A DNA stretch of 63,536 nucleotides, the filler included, from Saprolegnia diclina VS20 (taxonomy: Eukaryota), in assembly GCF_000281045.1 (NCBI RefSeq). It is 10 parts of 3 records of this genome, joined end to end, with 100 filler letters (N's around TTAATTAATTAA, not from the genome) between each part and the next. Parts side by side here need not be neighbours in the genome. Positions count along the whole stretch, not along the records: positions 56,288 to 57,990 come from NW_008246124.1; positions 58,091 to 59,296 come from NW_008246124.1; positions 59,397 to 60,712 come from NW_008246125.1; positions 60,813 to 63,536 come from NW_008246125.1; 6 more parts are not named here. One strand, written 5' to 3'. The notes beneath the pieces are model-generated. The model made no database searches. It was not told the DNA's origin and saw only the letters and a list, made by a program, of their open reading frames with translations. A program made the translations under genes and the position numbers. Positions 56,288-63,536 of this stretch are shown here, piece by piece. The stretch's first letter is position 1. Each line of letters begins with the position of its first letter.

Positions 56288-56502
56288 GAGCCAATGGCTT
56301 GGATACGCTCGTAGCACTAGAGCACGGGAAATCACCAACAAGCATACGTCTTGGGACTACGTACGCTCGCATACGACTGCCACTCGTAGGGGGCGGCGTC
56401 ACCATTGGCGTCGACAGGGCGGTGGCCAAGGAACGGTCGCGTCGGATGCAGCCGCGCGGTGCGAGCTAAGCTCTGGAAGAGAGTACTCACAGGGTGGTCC
56501 AT
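56288..56502 (-). pseudogene. Long-chain acyl-CoA synthetase N-terminal fragment
   Basis: TLFQSL..TARLHPTRPFLGHRPVD..G.AAPYEWQSY, then it appears to degenerate and runs into a gap. Confidence 0.6.
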
Positions 56503-57085
56503 TGCTGGCAAAATCGGTAACGTCGTGAATATTGTTTGCTGGTTTTGTACGAAGTCGCCCGTCCTGTTGATTGCGATCGTGTGCACGAGTGCACCCACTT
56601 GAACAATTCTACATCATTGGGTATCTGGTGTAGGCTATCTGGTCAAGGGTCAATAATCTGATTATTGACCATTGATCTGGTGTACACTGGTCGCAGTTGA
56701 AGTGCTCGAGATCTGTGTTCCTGGATTCCTGGACAGACGCGTGGCATCCACGTGTTAGATTGGCCGAGAGGAATATTTGAGCGCAAAGATCACGTCCGCC
56801 ATCAAAAGCTTCAGCGCATTCATCTCGCTGCTCAAGCAGCCTCCGGCGACGTGAAGAGCTGAGCATTTCTCGGGTTTGCGCTGTGAGGAATTCGATTCGA
56901 GCGTCGTATTTGCATGTCCTGATTCGATTCAACCGCCTAATCCCATAAACGTGTCGTAATACCCCCATTTAACCTAGCCCCTCCAGCCCGTTACGGCGTT
57001 CGATAGGCACCGGAGTGCGATGGAGATTTGTCGAAAGTGCGGTCCTTTCTCAAATGACTGCGGTGATAGCAGCCGAGCGTTTGAC

Positions 57086-57486
57086 CACGGCGACAGCTTC
57101 CGGTCGAGTCTCGTGGCCGTCATTGTCCCCGACGAGATCGCTCTCTCGGCGCTTGCTGCGTCACTGCAACTCGGTGGGTCGTTGGCCGACTGGTGCCGTA
57201 ACCCCGAGGTATATGGCTCAATTCACTAGCTGGTCTCTGATGGTTGCGCTAGATCGTATCCGCCGTCCTCGACAATTTGACCAAGCACAGTAAGCAGAAA
57301 GGTCTACTCGGATTTGAGACGGTGCGCGCGGTGCTGCTCGAGCCGACGCCTTTCTCGGTGGAGGACGGCTTGCTTACGCCGACGTTCAAGCTCAAGCGTC
57401 ACGATGCCAAGGTCGTCTACGCCAAGGTGATCGACGCGCTTTATGCAAGTAGCGGCGACAGCAACCTCAAGGCGACGCTCGATTAA
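57086..57486 (+). pseudogene. Long-chain acyl-CoA synthetase C-terminal fragment
   Basis: HGDSFRSSLVAVIVPD...GLLGFETVRAV...PFSVEDGLLTPTFKLKR, with no upstream coding continuation. Confidence 0.7.
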
Positions 57487-57894
57487 GCGCCACTTCGAAA
57501 GACGCTATTAATCGTAGTACGATTTGTTTGCTCGTGATGACGCAGTTGTGCGAGTTGAGAACTCAACCAATCCTGGCCAAGATCGAATTTAAGAAGGAGA
57601 GAAGCGACCGCGCGAAGGAATGTCGTAAGACTTGTTGTTTCATTCTCGCAGAAATGCACGAAAGCGATGTCGAGGCAGTTCTTGCGCAAACTCAGAGAGG
57701 AGGAGCTCGAGGAACTGACGGTTGGACGGCAACTACGACCCACTTGCTCCACGAACAATACCATTATAGATATCGAGTATCCTACTACTCGAGGCTAGCG
57801 CGAATGCAGTTGTAGCCGGGCCCAACGCCGCCAAGGAGAGGCATAAAGAAATACGAAAGCGATGGACGGAACAGCTTCCAAAAAGGTTTTGTAC

Positions 57895-57976
57895 TGTCAG
57901 CGGCGGGATTTGAACCCGCGAGTGCGAACACACTAGAACTTGAGTCTAGCACCTTGGACCGCTCGGTCACACTGAC
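57895..57976 (-). tRNA. tRNA-Leu(CAA), 82 nt
   Basis: GTCAGTGTGACCGAGCGGTCCAAGGTG-CTAGA-CTCAAGT-TCTAG, a long variable arm, then GCGGGTTCAAATCCCGC-CGCTGACA, with a T-run terminator downstream. Confidence 0.97.
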
Positions 57977-59396
57977 ATTTCGCTGATTCCNNNNNNNNNN
58001 NNNNNNNNNNNNNNNNNNNNNNNNNNNNNNNNNNTTAATTAATTAANNNNNNNNNNNNNNNNNNNNNNNNNNNNNNNNNNNNNNNNNNNNATCGATTCCT
58101 ATGACGTGGCACTCGGAGAATGTCCCATCTTGGCGCAAATGCTCAGTCGTGTAAAAACAAGTGTAAAAGCGAGCACGACAAAGGAGAAACGCAAAGTTTT
58201 TACAAGAGAATTGTAGAAGCCTTGAGCGGTGCTCATTCCGCAATTTGCGATTCGGGCCTCGACCGCACGGCACCGTGTCGCACGGTAGGGCGGTCGCAAG
58301 CGCGTGTCCTGTCGACCGTGGACGGTGAAACTCGTGTGGCCGAGGCCGCGCATCCCTGCAGTACAGGACGATGGCTCACCAGGTAAGCAAAGATCGCTGC
58401 GTCGCCAAGCACGCGAATTGGCTTGGGTCTGCGTCGAGTATCGATGATCACCAAGCTCGATTGATCATACCAGTAACGCATTGAGCAGCGTCGCAGCCGT
58501 CGACGCGCCTAGGTAAACGTTAACAGCGACAACCTCGAGCGTTTGTGCGAAGATGCGGACGATGGCCTCGCCTCGACCTTGTCGTGCTTGTGGCGTCGTT
58601 TCGAGGCATCCGGATAAATAGCCGGACACCGCTAGCAAGGGAAATACATTCCAAAATGGGCGCCGCGACGAGACCACGCCACCGGCGCTGCATTTGGCGC
58701 TGCGCGCGCTGCGTCGCGTTTGGAGTGTGCTCGTCATCTCGTGGCGCAGAGTCAAATGGCGCTCATCTCGAGCACCTCACGCTTGACGTCCAACGGCTTA
58801 CACACGACAGCCAGCACTGAGACCGCGGCGACCTCTCGCCCCGCGAACCTCTCACTCAGCGGTGCGCCAGATGCGATCTCTACTCGATTTCAATCGAGTG
58901 GAGCTTTTAGCCCTCCACCTACCGTGGCCGTGCGCCTATGATCCTCGTCGTACTCGGCACTTATCTTGTTCTCCAAGGCGTCAGCGCTGCGCTCGTTCGC
59001 GTTTGGCGCAAGGCACCACAGGTCTTTAGCGCTACTTGGGTCTCACAGATTGACTAATTGACTAGTTTCCGTGTTTGCCCGAGACACACGGGCTCGAGAT
59101 TTTTGCGCTTTTTCCGCGCCTTCTCTTGCTCGCACCACCCGCTTGCCGTGCACGGCGCGCGCAAGTATGCCATTGTGAGCTAGTGAACGCGCCTCAAGGA
59201 TCGGTTCGTGTCAACCTCGCGTCGCCGCATCGAAGGCGCCCAAAGATGATGAGATTGTGCGCGACCACGTCGACGACCATTTCACGCGGCGCCGGGNNNN
59301 NNNNNNNNNNNNNNNNNNNNNNNNNNNNNNNNNNNNNNNNTTAATTAATTAANNNNNNNNNNNNNNNNNNNNNNNNNNNNNNNNNNNNNNNNNNNN

Positions 59397-59860
59397 TACG
59401 CATGGACGAAATCATTGCTGCACTAGCACGAAATCACTGAAGCGCGTCGTGTGGCAGGTCATGGTCTTTATCTTCCTCTTCTCGCTCAGCAACTCGTACA
59501 TCAACACGACCGCCGCGCCGTACGTGGCACTCTACTGGACCAAGGTCGAGACGCTCAACACGGCGTTGACGAGCATTTTGGGTGGCCTCGTCTTTGCGAG
59601 CGTGCTCGCAGCCACGGGCAAGTATGGCACCCAGTGGAACTGGCGCTACGTGCTCGTGCTCACGGCCATTGGTGCAAATGTGATTGATGCGGTCGTGGTC
59701 TATTGTACCATCTACGACGTGCTCTGCAGTCAGTGGTTCTTCCTTGGCGTCCTGCTCACGACGCAGCTGCCGTTGGGCATCAACTTTGTCGTTGGCACGT
59801 CTGCATCATCGAGCTCGCCGAAGAAGGCAGCAAAGGTGTCATGTACGGCCTTTTGACGAA
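59397..59860 (+). pseudogene. Disrupted BT1/FBT-like transporter fragment
   Basis: VWQVM...TAAPYV...GKYGTQWNWR...SQWFFLG, then a frameshift before IIELAEEG.KGVMYGLLT. Homology ends abruptly afterwards. Confidence 0.6.
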
Positions 59861-59936
59861 CTCGCCTGGTCAACCCTCTGCAAGCATCTACGACCTCTCT
59901 TAGGTTATGAGCTCACCTCACGCGCCATCACGCTAG

Positions 59937-60712
59937 GTGAAACAGCTTGCTCTCGCCATCCGGACGGCGCAGACGACGAAGAAAAAGAACACGAACAAGA
60001 ACAACGGCTTTGAGACGCCCGCGGCGACTGCGTCCAAGAAGACGCCGCGCACGGACGACCTCGACGGCGCGCCTCCCTCGAAGAAGGCCAAGGCCAAGGC
60101 GCCGGTCCCCGAGAAGCTCGTCGTGCCGCCCAAGCCGCGGACGCTCGCCGAACCGCTCCAGTCGACGACGCTGCGCACGGTCCCGCGTGCGCCGACGCCG
60201 GCAGAGCTCAAGAAGAAGGCGCTTTTGGCGCGCGACTCGGTCGACGACTCGGACTTGCCGCCGCTCGTCGATGTTGACGAAACAGCTGGCGCGCTTGTGT
60301 CGCCGGTCGTCTCGCCGCGTCGTCACGGTTCCAGCCAGCTGGATGTGGCGGCGCTCATGCGCCATATGGCAGACGAGAACGCTCGGTCGATGCGCCTCAT
60401 CTTGGAAGCCAGCGCGGCGCAGTCGCGTGTCCTCGCGGAGGACAACTTGCGGGCCGCGCGCGCTATGGCCAACGAGAACACCGAGCAGTCCCAACAGCTC
60501 ATGCTCGCGATCATCGATCGACTCGCTTTGCTACCGACGCCAGCAGCTGCTCCCGCGCCCGTGCACGAGCCGCTGGCTCCGATGCATGGTGGCGAGGCGG
60601 TGAGCGCTCCGGGGTGTCCGCAAGCGATTGGGGCTCAAGCACTTGGGCAAGAAGCTGCGCCACGACCGGTGCTAGAGCTACGGGCTCCGGGGCAACCGGT
60701 CGTCGGAGGCGC
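59937..60712 (+). CDS. Low-complexity Lys/Pro/Ala-rich ORF with a coiled coil (partial, unknown function)
   Basis: An open frame of more than 250 codons with GC3 bias and an NLS-like PPSKKAK; no clear ATG; runs into a gap. Confidence 0.45.
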
Positions 60713-61913
60713 NNNNNNNNNNNNNNNNNNNNNNNNNNNNNNNNNNNNNNNNNNNNTTAATTAATTAANNNNNNNNNNNNNNNNNNNNNNNNNNNNNNNN
60801 NNNNNNNNNNNNGCTTCGGCATGCATAAATACTTAAAGCATAACAGAATCCTACTTTATTTACTTTTGGAAGTACGAACGAGGAGAGAGGTATGTCGATG
60901 TGTACTATCGAAAAATGATACTACGGTACAGTATCGCATTGGTGATGTTTGCGGTGATGTTTGCTGTATCGCATCGGTGAACTTTCTGTCGAATAGACTC
61001 GCTGGCACCCAAACTTTTACTCGTACTGCAAGTTAAAACCTTCCAGTACTATAACTCTAGCACATTTTAGTTCATATTACAGCTCTAATACGTTTATTAA
61101 CAGTACAATATTGTAGCAGAGAATTCCAGCTTCCATGATCAAATTCTGATATAAGTTGGATCGTGATCACGCCATATGACGCACTGCATCTCCTGTAGTC
61201 ACAATTGACAACAACATCTGGTGTGACGAAATGGTCCGAATGTGCGGCATTGTGGTATTCACACATAGAATGTTGGTGGAATGTTAGTTGTGAATTGATC
61301 TGGGAGCTGGTGGCCGTCTGTGGCGGTCACGAATGATGCTGTCCCAAGCATACACGATGGAATAGGATGCGAACACGGGGGTGTTTTTCACGCTCAGAGT
61401 TGAGCTGCTGCTCAAGCAAGGGATTAATGTATTGTGCTCCAGCGAGCTCGTTTAGAATATGGAGTGACGGACAAGCAATCCAATGCAGGTGGGTATACTC
61501 ATGCACACACTTTTGCATCAAAGTACGTATCCCCTGTCGACCTGCTCGTCCCATGTACTTGCGCACATGTCGTTGCCGCCAGAACAGACGAGCGTGAATG
61601 CTATGAATACTGTGCACAGCGCTCACTCACTACAGTCTGTAGTAACCTTATCTTATCCAATACATTCACTTGATAGCGTCACCGAAAACATTTGAATGCA
61701 AAGCGCCGCCAATACGTCCCAGTCGGACCGACACTCAACAATCATGTCGAGAAACCAACTGTATCGACATCGACGTCAAACTAAACTTTCGTACACTGAA
61801 TGTCGCGCGCCCGTAAAACAATCCAAGTACTAGAAGGATGTACGTATTCCTCACCCCGCCCTGTCGCTTTGCGTCGCATCCCCGTCACGTGCACTTTTGA
61901 AGCTGCCGAGTGG

Positions 61914-63536
61914 ATGACGCCACAGGGCTACTTGTCGCTGCTGCTGCCTCTCGTGGCGACGGCAACCGAGTGTCCGTACGAGAGCTACGACGGTGCCATC
62001 CTCGTGGCCGACGCCACCTACTGCTCAACGGCGGCGCCAGTCTGCGCTGTCGATAAGGCGTGCCGCCGTTTGCTAAGCCACAACATTTCCAGCGACCAAG
62101 TAAAATATTCCGGCTACACTGCGGTCGGTAACCTCACGGCGTATCCGCACGACGAGCTGTACGATCTAGGAGGCACTACCATGGCTTCTAATCGCACGGG
62201 GTTCCTAGGTACATTGGCAATATAACGCACGTGAACGTCGAAGACATGGAGCTGCCTTCGACGCTTCGCACACTGTACCTCCATTTGTGACGACGGGAAC
62301 GCTAATTGTTGCCGTCGTAGGAGCTTTGACAACGTCAGTACGATAAGCCTCGACGATCTCTATGGCGACGTCATTGCCAACATCACTGAGCTGTGCGGCA
62401 TTCCGTACTTGGATCCACCCTGATTCTGATGGATGGGTTGACGTAGGGAGTTTGTGTCGTGTGGTCTTGGCGTTATTCCGTGGCTCTTTGAGTGGCCGCC
62501 GCGTCTCGAAACGCTGTATGCTCGTGCTGGATACGAAACGACTTGAACTTATGCGTGTTGCCCATGATGTAGCACCTTGCTCGACAATGAGCTGCAGACG
62601 ATCCCCAAAGCACTGCCGCCCACGTTGCGCGAACTGTTGTTTTACATTCCACACACCTTTCTTCAATGTGACGATAGGGCCATCCAAGACAATGCTCTTA
62701 CGGACCTCGTGTACCTTCCCGACGGCTTGACATTCTTGTACAGCCGCCCCTCTTATGCTTGCAACCCCCATCACCGAGGCTTAGGAATCTGTACGACAAC
62801 AGCCTGGAGAACATCACGGACAAAAATTGGACGCAGCTCACGTTTTTGTACAGTACCTTTCTGTCGCGAATTCCATTTCACAGACAATGTGACTAGGCGA
62901 CTTGGAGACAACCCAATCAAAACGATTACCAACGTCCATCTCTCCAAGCAACTGCGCTTCTTGTACGTTACGACAGTTCCTCGGTCGTTTAATGGCGCGT
63001 CTACTAGCGACTGCGAAGGGTGCCCTATCACAAACATGGTCCTGACGCCAGAAACGTTCGAAGCGCTCGATGTCCTGAGTGTCCACAACGGTGACCAAAC
63101 GAACTTTGAAGGGTTTGTCATCACGCGAGACATCGAGTCGGACGGAAACGCGTGCAGTGCGATTGGCGGCACCATACGTGACCTCTGGCAGCACAAATCG
63201 AACGTCACTGTCCGTGTTTGCGTCACATTGCCGCACTCTGTCGAATGTACACACGCCATCCATGTTCTTCTCCACCCTAACCCTGAGTCTAGACAAATGG
63301 ACCATTCTAGCCGCGTCCCTTGGCTGCCTTGCATTGCTCCTCTTTGGCGCTTGCTTTGCCGTACGTCGCCTCAAAGCCTCAACAAGAAACACCAATTCCT
63401 CACGTCGCGACACGACGACAGCCATGACTTATGCTACCGCAGACGATTCCGACGGCCTTCTCGACGTCTCCCGCCTGCGCCAGCACCGCCTCGAGCTCTC
63501 CGAGCTCCGCGTCACAAGCGCCAAGCCTCTCGCATC
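61914..63536 (+). CDS. Receptor-like TKL protein kinase (LRR-type ectodomain), 5' part, multi-exon
   Basis: Signal peptide followed by ECPY, LRR-like exons, a TM segment WTILAASLGCLALLLFGACFAVRR, then LDVSRLRQHRLELSELRV...KPLAS, which is expected to lead into the Gly-rich loop beyond the window edge. Confidence 0.75.

Noticed and set aside
60813..61700. AT-rich low-GC stretch, possibly foreign or TE-derived
   Set aside because: No ORF, terminal repeat or motif supports a specific call.

Overview
Eukaryotic, gene-dense, GC-rich DNA from an oomycete, most likely Saprolegniales (Saprolegnia-like). This inference rests on very short GT-AG introns of about 44-51 bp, oomycete Inr-FPR core promoters and recognisably oomycete gene families. 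The window is draft assembly: it has many N gaps, nine of which carry an artificial TTAATTAATTAA six-frame-stop linker, so adjacency across gaps is uncertain. About 30 genes are supported. Conserved genes include RPB6, Rab22/31, VPS72/YL1, MPDU1, DPCD, lumazine synthase, PHAX, an ARF-like GTPase, FOXRED1, an FBXL/LRR protein, ABCG/PDR and MATE transporters, a GNAT and tRNA-Leu(CAA). Oomycete families include a mastigoneme-like EGF protein, an ankyrin protein, large membrane proteins and a receptor-like kinase. The most notable observations are: (1) a small standalone HEPN-like (RxxxxH) putative ribonuclease gene beside an inverted-repeat element; (2) a lumazine synthase with a Cys-Pro-motif plus hydrophobic C-terminal tail; (3) two uncharacterised paralog pairs, one with LFHPDD/DCPxL motifs and one with repeated xxPRGx[YF] tail motifs; (4) a bacterial-type acyltransferase-3/SGNH fusion that is duplicated in inverted orientation together with a mosaic membrane-protein family at 38-56 kb. 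Family calls come from motif recognition, not database searches.
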